The notes under the pieces were generated by a model that worked only from the letters and a program-made list of their open reading frames with translations, ran no database searches and was not told the origin of the DNA. A stretch of DNA of 64,000 nucleotides from a virus (lineage: Duplodnaviria > Caudoviricetes): positions 14,762-78,761 of IMG/VR virus record IMGVR_UViG_2508501111_000003; one strand, given 5' to 3'. The translations under genes and the position numbers were made by a program. Below, one piece after another: positions 48,329 through 57,524 of this stretch. Each line of letters begins with the position of its first letter. Position 1 is the first letter of the stretch.

Positions 48329-48683
48329 AATAGAATTTCATCAAGAAGCAAAAGAACTTGTTGTTAAATACAGAGAAGATTATGTAAAAGATATTATATT
48401 TCATTCGAGAAATAAAGCAATTATAGATAAAGATGAAATTGTATTAAAAAAGCATGTCCTATTTGCTATTGATAAAATTTATGCTAATAAAGAGAAAAAA
48501 TGGAAAGATGAAATGCTTAATATAATAGGTGGGATTTTTCTTGGTACCGGGCTGCAAGGTTTTATTAACGAATTAGGAATACCTGAAATTCGTATACCAT
48601 TACTTATTATTTATGTAATTATGCTTATTATTGGTGCAATATGTGTTTCTGTGGTAATAACATCATCTCGGCGACGCATATAA
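48321..48683 (+). CDS. Histone-fold (alpha2-alpha3)-like domain fused to 2 TM helices
   Basis: Gap-free manual alignment to the archaeal HMf alpha2-L2-alpha3 pattern. Confidence 0.55.
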   Translation: MNKIEFHQEAKELVVKYREDYVKDIIFHSRNKAIIDKDEIVLKKHVLFAIDKIYANKEKKWKDEMLNIIGGIFLGTGLQGFINELGIPEIRIPLLIIYVIMLIIGAICVSVVITSSRRRI

Positions 48684-48740
48684 AATAATTAAGAATTATG
48701 AGATTATTAATATTTTATTTATATAGTTATACAATTGATA

Positions 48741-49862
48741 TTATTCAGTGCGTTTGATTTCTCGTAAATAATAACTATTACCTCGCTTTTCGCAGAATAC
48801 CTCCACTTTCTCACCCCACAATGGGCGAACAATATCATTCATCATTCCTGGGGGTACAATAATCTTTTGTTTTTTATTATCGGAGAATAGCAGTTGAATC
48901 GTGTTATTCGCTGATATTTCATCAGCATGTTTTAATTGCCCCACAAAGGTCTGATGTTTAGATTTATCCTTTTTCGTTGCTATATTACTCCCCGCGAGCG
49001 TACTTATTTCAGGTGGGGTTTTATCAAAAGCAACTGATAAGACCTCATTACTCCCGCTTTGAAGCGTAGTCAAACCAACCATACGTACATCTTGTCCATC
49101 AGGGGCTATTTTTTTTGCAAGAGCAACGAAATTATTATAGTAGGACTCATTAGGTATACGTTCTTTTAACGATTGAAAATCTCCTTTATTTACTAAACTA
49201 ATATTCTGGATAACATCTTCGAGAACAATGCTAGAAAGATCAATCTCTGGTATATCAAAGCGTTGCTGTCTACCGAGTTGCAATGTCACTGCAAAGCTTC
49301 CCGCTCGTGGGGCTGACATGTAGACGCTATAACCCTCCTGAAGAACTTGGGCTGTTCCGCCCCTTTCTCGAAATTCTCGTTTTAGTAGGCGCTCTACAGT
49401 GCGAAAAATCATTCGTTCAATATCTTGTAGCCTACTTAAGAAGATGTCCATGAGAGTAAGCCCTGGGTAAATCTCTTGGCCAGTCATTGATACTTGAACT
49501 TGACCGGGATCAATTTTAACATCACGAATTGCAAGATGTCGTTGGAAGTGAACTTGTTCGAGTAAATCGCGCAATTCTTCCGCGATCTCATATGGAGGAT
49601 TTCCTGCCAGTGCTGTAGCAATTAAACGCTCTGCTAATCGGTGTTCGTCACAGTCAAGTGCCAAGGTGGCTGCACTACGATGAAGAATGGAACGAGTAGG
49701 TTCTGTATCAAAGGGTGCTACTAATGCTGCTGCTTCTATTTCTAGGTCAAGAGCCTGTCGTGAATAGGCAATAAAACTATGGATATCTCCAGTATGTTTC
49801 GCATGAAGTGCAAGATCTGCAAAGTCCATAGCTTGCATATGGAGTTCACGTACTGATTTCAT
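48741..49862 (-). CDS. Hypothetical protein: N-terminal helical domain and C-terminal beta (OB-like) domain
   Basis: EPTRSILHRSAATLA...GNPPYEIAEELRDL; coupled to the upstream gene. Confidence 0.75.
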   Translation of the reverse strand: MKSVRELHMQAMDFADLALHAKHTGDIHSFIAYSRQALDLEIEAAALVAPFDTEPTRSILHRSAATLALDCDEHRLAERLIATALAGNPPYEIAEELRDLLEQVHFQRHLAIRDVKIDPGQVQVSMTGQEIYPGLTLMDIFLSRLQDIERMIFRTVERLLKREFRERGGTAQVLQEGYSVYMSAPRAGSFAVTLQLGRQQRFDIPEIDLSSIVLEDVIQNISLVNKGDFQSLKERIPNESYYNNFVALAKKIAPDGQDVRMVGLTTLQSGSNEVLSVAFDKTPPEISTLAGSNIATKKDKSKHQTFVGQLKHADEISANNTIQLLFSDNKKQKIIVPPGMMNDIVRPLWGEKVEVFCEKRGNSYYLREIKRTE

Positions 49863-50425
49863 TTTCGTACAACCCTTGCTGTAGGTTGACTAAATTCAAC
49901 CACAACGACATATGCAGGCATTTGCATTGAATCGGAAGGATTCGTTTGCCTCAGTTTCAATTTGACGCGATTTTCAATGTCTTTACCAGATCCTTGGCGA
50001 ATACCTGAGACTTCTAAACGGGCATCATGTTTATCAAAAGGCAGTATATCATCCCCATCCTGCTTCGCCAACCAGTAATCAAACCCTGTTCCTTTTCGTG
50101 ATCGATTGATAACCGTATAATCTGTTAGCTCAACAGCGAGGAGACAAGCAATGCCACAAGCGGCGTGTTCAGTTGTATACTCTTCATCAGTCCATGCTGC
50201 GAGATGACGAGGCGTAATTTCATCCCAATCTTCAATAACAAAGCTATGATCGGATTTTGTATCGCACCGTCGTTCCACCGATAGCTGTACACCCCGAGAA
50301 TGACGCTGATCTTCCAAACGAATTGAGCAAGCCTCGATCAGGTAGCGTCCCATATTGGGAGTTAAGCCAGGTATCTTTGTTTCTAGATCGTTGAGCTGGA
50401 GTCTTTTCGATACTGGTTGGGTCAT
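49859..50425 (-). CDS. Putative restriction-endonuclease-fold protein
   Basis: GTGFDYWL...ARLEVSG (D...ExS, PD-(D/E)XK-like). Confidence 0.6.
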   Translation of the reverse strand: MTQPVSKRLQLNDLETKIPGLTPNMGRYLIEACSIRLEDQRHSRGVQLSVERRCDTKSDHSFVIEDWDEITPRHLAAWTDEEYTTEHAACGIACLLAVELTDYTVINRSRKGTGFDYWLAKQDGDDILPFDKHDARLEVSGIRQGSGKDIENRVKLKLRQTNPSDSMQMPAYVVVVEFSQPTARVVRK

Positions 50426-50477
50426 AAAATCCTCAGCATGATAAAAAGAAAGGCTTAATTATTAGCTACAAAATTTC

Positions 50478-50867
50478 TTAGGAGGGTATTGCAAAACATA
50501 GAAGGCCTTCGTTTTGATCATCAGCACCAATAAAATAATTGCCTTGTATATGAACTTTATTTTTTAATGATCGTATTTTTGATACTATATCGTGATCATT
50601 TTGATGGACAGTGAACCAGCTAACGCCATCCCCGCCATTATTGAGACGGTCTACAAATGCTCCAAAGCTTTCAACACTTTCAAAATCAACCTGTTGAATA
50701 TTTTTATAGTCTTTCTCAATTACTCTAATAAAATGCTGTGGATAGGATTTTTTTAATGCTTCTAATCTTTGTTTATCCTCTTCTAGTAACAAATCGTTAC
50801 TTTCGGCAGTTCGTAACTGTAACCACATAACAAACCTCCAACTTACTTTGATAAAGATATTCCACAT
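50478..50867 (-). CDS. Hypothetical protein
   Basis: AT-rich ORF, 129 aa. Confidence 0.6.
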   Translation of the reverse strand: MWNIFIKVSWRFVMWLQLRTAESNDLLLEEDKQRLEALKKSYPQHFIRVIEKDYKNIQQVDFESVESFGAFVDRLNNGGDGVSWFTVHQNDHDIVSKIRSLKNKVHIQGNYFIGADDQNEGLLCFAIPS

Positions 50868-51426
50868 ATTTAATATAGTGGGTTGTAGTCTATCACCTCC
50901 TAACGAACGCTACAAGACAAACATTTGTGCTTAAACAAAAACACCACCCAACTGGGTGGTGCTTGCAGTCCCCTCGCGAGCCTTAGTAACCTTGAGTGGC
51001 AGAACTACGGAAACATAAATCCTCACGATTATTGATCGTAATCCCTGCTGAGGATTCAGGTCTTTCGAATCGATGAATATATTGGTTATAGAATCTGGGC
51101 AGATAACGCTTTTATCCCCCAAAGAGGATTCAGGTCTTTCGAATCTAAACCTAAACGATTCTAGTACCAACTGGACATACCGGTTTTAATCCCCCAGAGA
51201 GGATTCAGGTCTTTCGAATAGGCTATTGACGCGATGTTTATCCCTATGTGGGAAGAGTTTTAATCCCCCAGAGAGGATTCAGGTCTTTCGAATACCTTTA
51301 ATTCGATTCAAACCGTCGCGTAAAACTTGGGGTTTTAATCCCCCAGAGAGGATTCAGGTCTTTCGAATACCTTTAATTCGATTCAAACCGTCGCGTAAAA
51401 CTTGGGGTTTTAATCCCCCAGAGAGG

Positions 51427-53362
51427 AGGGCTGGGCTTAACATAGAATTGGTTCCCCTGCCCGATCCATCAGGGTCGGGGGGCGACACCGATCCGCCGTA
51501 GCGCGACACCCATGCCCCAATCGGGGTCGTTTTCGACACCAGGCGACTCTCTATCGGGTACGATACGGGTATCAGATCCAACCATCCCCAGAATAGGAGT
51601 CGCTGATGCTGGATCGCATCATACCAAACATCCTTCGTCGCTTCAAGCGCCCTGTGGCCACCGTGCCCGTGTCCGATGGTGCCCTGCTGCCTACCCATCC
51701 CCGTCGTCCCTGCCCGCTCTCCATGCCGGATCTCCCCCCGATCATTGCCGCTGATCCCACCGCTGCTGCGGCGCATCAGTGGCTCGCCCCCATTCCGTGG
51801 CATGCTTTGCCGCCGCTCAGTGACCGCCCTCGGCCTGGGCCACGCCCCGCGCCGCGTGCCCCCTTTCTCGCCGCGTTCCTCCTCAAACTCGATCTCCAAT
51901 TGCCCTCCATGGGGCATTTGCGCCGCTATCTCCTGCGCCATCCCGCCCTCGTCTGGACGCTCGGCTTTCCCCTTCGGCCTGACCCTGCCGCCCCGCTCGG
52001 CTTCGATGTCGCCGCCAGTGTCCCGTCGCGTCGTCAGTTTGCCCGTGTCCTGCGAACCTTACCCACGCCCATGCTCGACTTCCTCCGCATGGCGCTCGTG
52101 CGGCGCATTCGTGATGCCCTCCCCCCCGATCACCACGCCACCTTCGCCGACACCATTGCGGGCGATACCAAGCACATTTTGGCGTGGGTCAAAGAGAACA
52201 ATCCCAACCGCTTTGCCCCGGATCGCGCGAAGAAGCAGGTGCAACCCCCCGGTGATCCGGACTGTCGGCTCGGAGTCAAGCGCCGGAGTAACCAGCAGCC
52301 GACCCCCACCACCGATGGTCAATCGCCAACCCAGAGTAAGGCCGAAGCCTACTGGGGCTACGCCAGTGGCATTGTCGTCACGCGCACCCCCTTTGGCTCA
52401 ATCGTGCTTGCCGAACATACCCAACCGATCAATGCGGGCGATATGACCTATTTTGACCCGCTCATGGCGCAGGTGGAGCAGACGCTCGGTCGCCGACCGC
52501 GTAATGGCGTGTGGGATGCCGCCTTCGACAGCCAACGGGTCTACACCTACTTCCACACGGCTGGCGGGATGGCGGCGGTTCCGGTGCGGAAGCCCAACCA
52601 GCCACGGCAGTTTTCGCCCGACGGCGTGCCGCTGTGTGCCGCTGGTTTGGCCATGCCGCAACAGTTTACGTATGCCATGAACACCAATGGCCCGCCACAA
52701 GAGCGGGCACGCCATCGCTGTCCGTTGCTGTACCCGACTGCCACCGGCGAGCCATGCCCAACCAATGACAAACACTTTGCGACGGGCGGGTGTGTCACGA
52801 CGATCGGGACGCAAGTTGGGGCAACGCTGCGCTGGACGATCGATCGTGGGTCAGCGGCCTATAAAGCCTTGTATCGCGAACGCGCGTTGGTCGAACAGAT
52901 CAACAGCCAAGCGTATGCCTTGGGGATCGAATGGCCAAAACTGCGTCGTCAAAGCGCGGTCACAGCGTGGACATCCTTAATCTATGTGGTGATTAACCTG
53001 CGCGTCGTGCATCGCCAGCAGGGAACACACGACCCGATCCACGACTAACGTGGCATGCGTCTCGTCCGTGAATCGCCAGGGGGATGGCTTGGATGGATGG
53101 ACGGACGCAGCCACAGCGATCAGGGAACAGCCACAGCGGCGGATCAGGGATGATCGGTCGGCGTGATCGGCTGTCCGTGCATCAGCCAACGCCGCGCAGC
53201 AGCACACCGATGGGCTGCCGCTGCGCGGGATTGCGGGTAGCATAACGGGCGATGGGGCGGATCTGCCCACAAAAAAACCACGCAAAGCGTGGTGATCGGC
53301 CAGCGGCGGCGCGGAATGAGCGAAAAAACCTGCCAAAACCACGCAGGAATTCGTCCAGCCCT
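51427..53362 (+). mobile_element. Insertion sequence (DDE, IS4/IS5/IS1182-like), 1936 bp
   Basis: Terminal IR AGGGCTGG/CCAGCCCT; 10-bp TSD CCCAGAGAGG at 51417-51426 and 53363-53372. Confidence 0.92.
51606..53048 (+). CDS. DDE transposase
   Basis: AGDTK, WDAAFD and YRERALVE (YxxRxxxE) motifs; Cys-rich insertion. Confidence 0.9.
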   Translation: MLDRIIPNILRRFKRPVATVPVSDGALLPTHPRRPCPLSMPDLPPIIAADPTAAAAHQWLAPIPWHALPPLSDRPRPGPRPAPRAPFLAAFLLKLDLQLPSMGHLRRYLLRHPALVWTLGFPLRPDPAAPLGFDVAASVPSRRQFARVLRTLPTPMLDFLRMALVRRIRDALPPDHHATFADTIAGDTKHILAWVKENNPNRFAPDRAKKQVQPPGDPDCRLGVKRRSNQQPTPTTDGQSPTQSKAEAYWGYASGIVVTRTPFGSIVLAEHTQPINAGDMTYFDPLMAQVEQTLGRRPRNGVWDAAFDSQRVYTYFHTAGGMAAVPVRKPNQPRQFSPDGVPLCAAGLAMPQQFTYAMNTNGPPQERARHRCPLLYPTATGEPCPTNDKHFATGGCVTTIGTQVGATLRWTIDRGSAAYKALYRERALVEQINSQAYALGIEWPKLRRQSAVTAWTSLIYVVINLRVVHRQQGTHDPIHD

Positions 53363-54448
53363 CCCAGAGAGGATTCAGGTCTTTCGAATTCTTACAGGCG
53401 AACAGGCCGCTGAATACGGTCTGCGTTTTAATCCCCCAGAGAGGATTCAGGTCTTTCGAATCTTGGCTTAGATACGGCCAAAATGTATTATTACACGGCA
53501 GTTTTAATCCCCCAGAGAGGATTCAGGTCTTTCGAATTTATTATTAACCGCATGGGTGGCTATGGGGCCATCAACCCCGTTTTAATCCCCCAGAGAGGAT
53601 TCAGGTCTTTCGAATAATGAATGCGGTAGAGAAATTTCGCCCCAGAATCGATTTAGTTTTAATCCCCCAGAGAGGATTCAGGTCTTTCGAATCGATAGTT
53701 CACCCGTTCTGAGGGTACTCACCCAAAGGTTTTAATCCCCCAGAGAGGATTCAGGTCTTTCGAATGCGCTTGAGATAGCCCAGCCGCCCGCCACCAACGT
53801 TGCCAAGGTTTTAATCCCCCAGAGAGGATTCAGGTCTTTCGAATTTTGTCGTAGACAGCTACGATTTGATCGTAGTGCTCAGTTTTAATCCCCCAGAGAG
53901 GATTCAGGTCTTTCGAATAACCAAATTCCTGTGATCGAAAATGGCTTCCTGAAGGGATGTTGTTTTAATCCCCCAGAGAGGATTCAGGTCTTTCGAATAT
54001 AGCCGAGACTGGCGACATCGCGGGTTCAATTATATGGGTTTTAATCCCCCAGAGAGGATTCAGGTCTTTCGAATCAACGTCAGCGGGGTGCTGGCTGTAG
54101 CTGCGGATTTGATGGTTTTAATCCCCCAGAGAGGATTCAGGTCTTTCGAATAATAAGCAAGCTGATAGTATGGTTCGTAGCGCCAAAGGTGTTTTAATCC
54201 CCCAGAGAGGATTCAGGTCTTTCGAATTAATCGCTCACTAGCCTATTGAATTGGCGGGGCCAATGTGGTTTTAATCCCCCAGAGAGGATTCAGGTCTTTC
54301 GAATCAAGAACTTGCCCAAGTTGCTCGAACGTATTTCAAGTAGGTTTTAATCCCCCAGAGAGGATTCAGGTCTTTCGAATCTTGTAAGCGTTTTGATTTG
54401 ACCAGTGTTGGGCGGTTTTAATCCCCCAGAGAGGATTCAGGTCTTTCG

Positions 54449-54600
54449 AATATACCCCATTTTTTAGGGCTTTGCAAGGGGCTAAAATGAACGGTTTGCG
54501 CGGTCCGCTTAAATTTGTTCAATTAATGCCTATTCTGCGCTACAAATAACGGTGGAAAACTGCCTTTTAGACCATTGGAATGGGATCGCGCGGCATATAC
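54449..54600 (-). promoter_or_regulatory. CRISPR leader with candidate promoter
   Basis: Noncoding, next to perfect repeats; TTGCAA-N17-TATATT at 54477-54449 on minus. Confidence 0.6.
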
Positions 54601-54656
54601 CACTTTTTTGCCAAGTATTGGCATGATCACGGTCTTGTATTCGCTGATGCTACCGA

Positions 54657-54823
54657 ATCAGGAGGAAGCGAAGACCACGCAAGAATGGGCATGCACAGAA
54701 AAGAGGAAAACAAAAAGCAACAGGTTAAATTGGTCTATGCAGACCCCTGTTGCTTGCGAGGATTATAGTGCGTCTGTGCTGTTTGTCAACAAAAATAAGC
54801 CAACGTATCCCACATATCCCACA
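54657..54823 (-). repeat. Late-control region copy 2 (promoter 54762-54789, terminator 54707-54753)
   Basis: TTGACA-N16-TATAAT and the GCAACAGG/CCTGTTGC terminator are both conserved. Confidence 0.93.
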
Positions 54824-54942
54824 CTCGACTAATATAATTCGTATCACCTAAACTATTGTGCTATCACAAAGCCCACCTATTTCTCTACGATCACAGATGC
54901 CTTTGTTACAGTCGGAGGCAATGGGTATTCAGTATGTCTAAC

Positions 54943-55419
54943 TTATGGCTGTACTCCTTCTGAATCGATATGGTCGATATTTTCAAGATCATGGCGACGC
55001 TGATCCATCCAGCGTTGTCCACACACATCGTGTCGCGGTTGCATGGAGCAACGCGGGCATTGATCAAAGCCAGTGTGGGCAGTATAGCCACAGGCGTAAC
55101 AGCCATGAGAGATGGTATGACTGACCCGCACCGATTCAACTGGATATCCATAACGGGTTTCGCGGGCAACGCGCCAGCAGATTGTATGGTCTTGATTAAA
55201 CACATCCACTAACACGAGATCGGAGTCGGTAATCACCAGCGCATCAACAATCTCGATCAGGTGTTCTGCCGATTCCCCGAGGTCAGGCACGAGGTAAAGG
55301 ACATGCTGTGGTGATGATCTGCGGCTGAGCATCGCAAAAGGTTTTCCCTCTTTGGTCGTATGGAGGTGCTCCCAGAGTGGGTTATCGTGCGTACCAGTGG
55401 CAAGGTTAAAGTACTTCAT
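54943..55419 (-). CDS. Zn-ribbon hypothetical protein, paralog of 5300-5761
   Basis: PDLGESAEHLI and CYACG...CPRC motifs. Confidence 0.75.
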   Translation of the reverse strand: MKYFNLATGTHDNPLWEHLHTTKEGKPFAMLSRRSSPQHVLYLVPDLGESAEHLIEIVDALVITDSDLVLVDVFNQDHTICWRVARETRYGYPVESVRVSHTISHGCYACGYTAHTGFDQCPRCSMQPRHDVCGQRWMDQRRHDLENIDHIDSEGVQP

Positions 55420-55437
55420 ATATGGCCTCCCTTTAGA

Positions 55438-56592
55438 TCATTGGACAAGTAGTGTGGGCCGAGGGACGGTCACGGCGGGCGATCTTATGTGGTCAATCGC
55501 ATCTTGAAGCGTGGAAAAACTCTGAATCGCATTGGGTAAAGAACGGATGGATTGCAAGTCCATCGCCACATGGGGCGGAATGCCTACAAACACAGGGCGG
55601 CATCCTAAAATCAGGCTAACCTGAAGGAGATCGGCAAGTGTTGTCAATGTATCGGGATCAATTCCTGTAACTCCCGTGAGATCGATGAGTACATGCCGCA
55701 GTTGTTGCTGCTCAATCTGGCGCGGGAGCAGGGATGCTAATTGATCCATCCGAGCACTGTCGAGGTGTCCGATCAAGGGGAGCACTGCTCGCTGAGGAAT
55801 AATTGGGATTACCGGAAAGGTCATTTGGCTGAGTTGCGTGGTCAGGGCTTGTCGTTCAGCACTACTCGATGCTAAGGCCGTGAGGGTGTCTCGTAACTGG
55901 GTATTGCGGGCCTCGCTTGCTGCGTGCGCTGTGCGTAATTCCTGCTGGGCGGTTTCAAGTTCTGTTGAGCGTGCTTGGAGATGCTGATAGGCCAGTTCGA
56001 GGGTGGTATCAAACCGTCGTCGTAGACTCGCGATTACGAAGATAGCTTGGATCACCATCCCACCACCGATCAGGAATAAGATAGTGCGGACGCGAGCAAA
56101 GGCGGTGCGTTGTTGATTGGCCGTCTGTTGGACGAGGATGCGCCGTTCATTGACCATCGTGCGGCTCTGAAATTCGAGGTTGATAAAGATGGTAGAGAAG
56201 GAAGAAAGATCGTTTATTTCTTGGGCAGGGACACGCTGAAACTCACGCTGAATCACGGTAAATGCTTGATATTCAATAGAGGTGTATTGCGATTCTGCTG
56301 CACTGCTATAGAAGCTATTCATGGCAGCGAGACGATTCGACACGAGATTGTGACGCAGCTGATATTCAGTAGCCAGGGTAGGATTGTTCGTCCCTCCATC
56401 GTTGGCAACGGCACGCAACCGTAAGATATCGCGTTCGAGTTGAGTTGGATTCCAGATTCCATCATCCTGCTCAAAAAAGCGGGTCGCCTGACTTAAGGTT
56501 TGAAGATTGAGGACAGTGAGTGCGAGTAAGATACCAAGAAGGCTGCTCATGCCGCCCGTCATGATTCGGTGTGGCCATGGTGATCGATTCAT
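55438..56592 (-). CDS. Membrane sensor with coiled coil and STAS domain (RsbR-like)
   Basis: PVIPI...VLPLIGHLD...LIDLTGV STAS motif; 2 TM. Confidence 0.88.
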   Translation of the reverse strand: MNRSPWPHRIMTGGMSSLLGILLALTVLNLQTLSQATRFFEQDDGIWNPTQLERDILRLRAVANDGGTNNPTLATEYQLRHNLVSNRLAAMNSFYSSAAESQYTSIEYQAFTVIQREFQRVPAQEINDLSSFSTIFINLEFQSRTMVNERRILVQQTANQQRTAFARVRTILFLIGGGMVIQAIFVIASLRRRFDTTLELAYQHLQARSTELETAQQELRTAHAASEARNTQLRDTLTALASSSAERQALTTQLSQMTFPVIPIIPQRAVLPLIGHLDSARMDQLASLLPRQIEQQQLRHVLIDLTGVTGIDPDTLTTLADLLQVSLILGCRPVFVGIPPHVAMDLQSIRSLPNAIQSFSTLQDAIDHIRSPAVTVPRPTLLVQ

Positions 56593-57010
56593 AGGGTGAT
56601 CATTCCTTGCTGGCAGTGATGTATGGATGACCGACGGATGATACCGCTATGGAGTATGGCTCTATCAACAGAGTCACAATTTCTTAGGTAGGGCTTTCAT
56701 ATCAGTCTGCTCTTAAAGACACCATGAATATCAAGCGTGTATTATGACTGAGTTAAGCCTTTGATGGTTGGTTGCCCGTAAGCTGTAGAGGCTACCTCGC
56801 CATCAAAAGCTTAATCGTTGCTTAATCTGCAATGATACGGTAGGATTGACGCGAATGGTGGTAGTTTGGATCACTGATCGACCAACGAGCAAAGGCGCTC
56901 ACCAACCACCGATGCGTCGCGTTGGTATCACGCCCAACGCGACGGCCTATGGGTTTGGTGGTATACCGAAATAGTTATGGTGATGGCGTTACGTTGGTAG
57001 GGAGGTGTCA

Positions 57011-57296
57011 TATGGATCAGATAATGTGGTGGGAGTGGTATGAGGCTATGGCGACAAGACTAATGGCATTGCATTGGCAGTGTCTTGAGGATGGACTGCT
57101 CCGACAGCCGCCATCGACTACGCTGCGCACAGCAGTCACCACCTTCGCCGTAACTGTACACCAGGCGACAACCTCACTTGATACCAAGCAATGCCCCGAG
57201 TCGTTGGGTGATGCGATCACCCAACTCGCCGCGATTACCCAACGCCTTTATGAGCTAGTGACCAAAGATGAAGGGTTACCGATACGAAATGTGTAA
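57011..57296 (+). CDS. Hypothetical helical protein
   Basis: GGAGG RBS before ATG 57011. Confidence 0.6.
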
Positions 57297-57524
57297 CCGC
57301 GAGGAATGAGAGCAGCCAGATTAGCTTAAACATAGTGGTTCTACGCCAATAGTTGATGTCCCCATTCAGCGGAATAGAGCAGGTAGTCTCAGTCACGAGA
57401 GCGCACCTGTGCCTCTTCCTTGACCGATTCCAAAGATACCGCTACGCTCTACCCAACTTCTTGACGATAACAATCAACTACAACATCATGGCCTGACTGC
57501 ATTTCGTTCTAAGGAGAATCCCGA

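Larger units (their letters stand above)
51034..54451 (-). CRISPR. CRISPR array: 20 repeats (37 bp), 19 spacers (34-43 bp), interrupted by an IS
   Basis: Repeat GTTTTAATCCCCCAGAGAGGATTCAGGTCTTTCGAAT on plus. Degenerate repeats at 51034 and 51108 mark the trailer. The minus-strand form ends ATTAAAAC. Confidence 0.98.

Noticed and set aside
51226-51501. ORFs 51226-51501, 50931-51170 and 53289-53471
   Set aside because: They are translations of CRISPR repeats and spacers (FNPPERIQVFR repeated).
51354-52980. Alternative-frame ORFs inside the IS
   Set aside because: They overlap the transposase, are low-complexity Pro/Arg/Ser-rich, and have no motifs.
51071-54414. Self-targeting of either phage unit by spacers
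   Set aside because: No convincing nucleotide match was found by eye in this window, only loose peptide resemblance. BLAST is needed to settle it.
47830-54650. cas or anti-CRISPR genes beside the array
   Set aside because: No Cas1/2, RAMP, Cas3 or Cas10 motifs and no Aca-linked small-gene cluster were recognisable.
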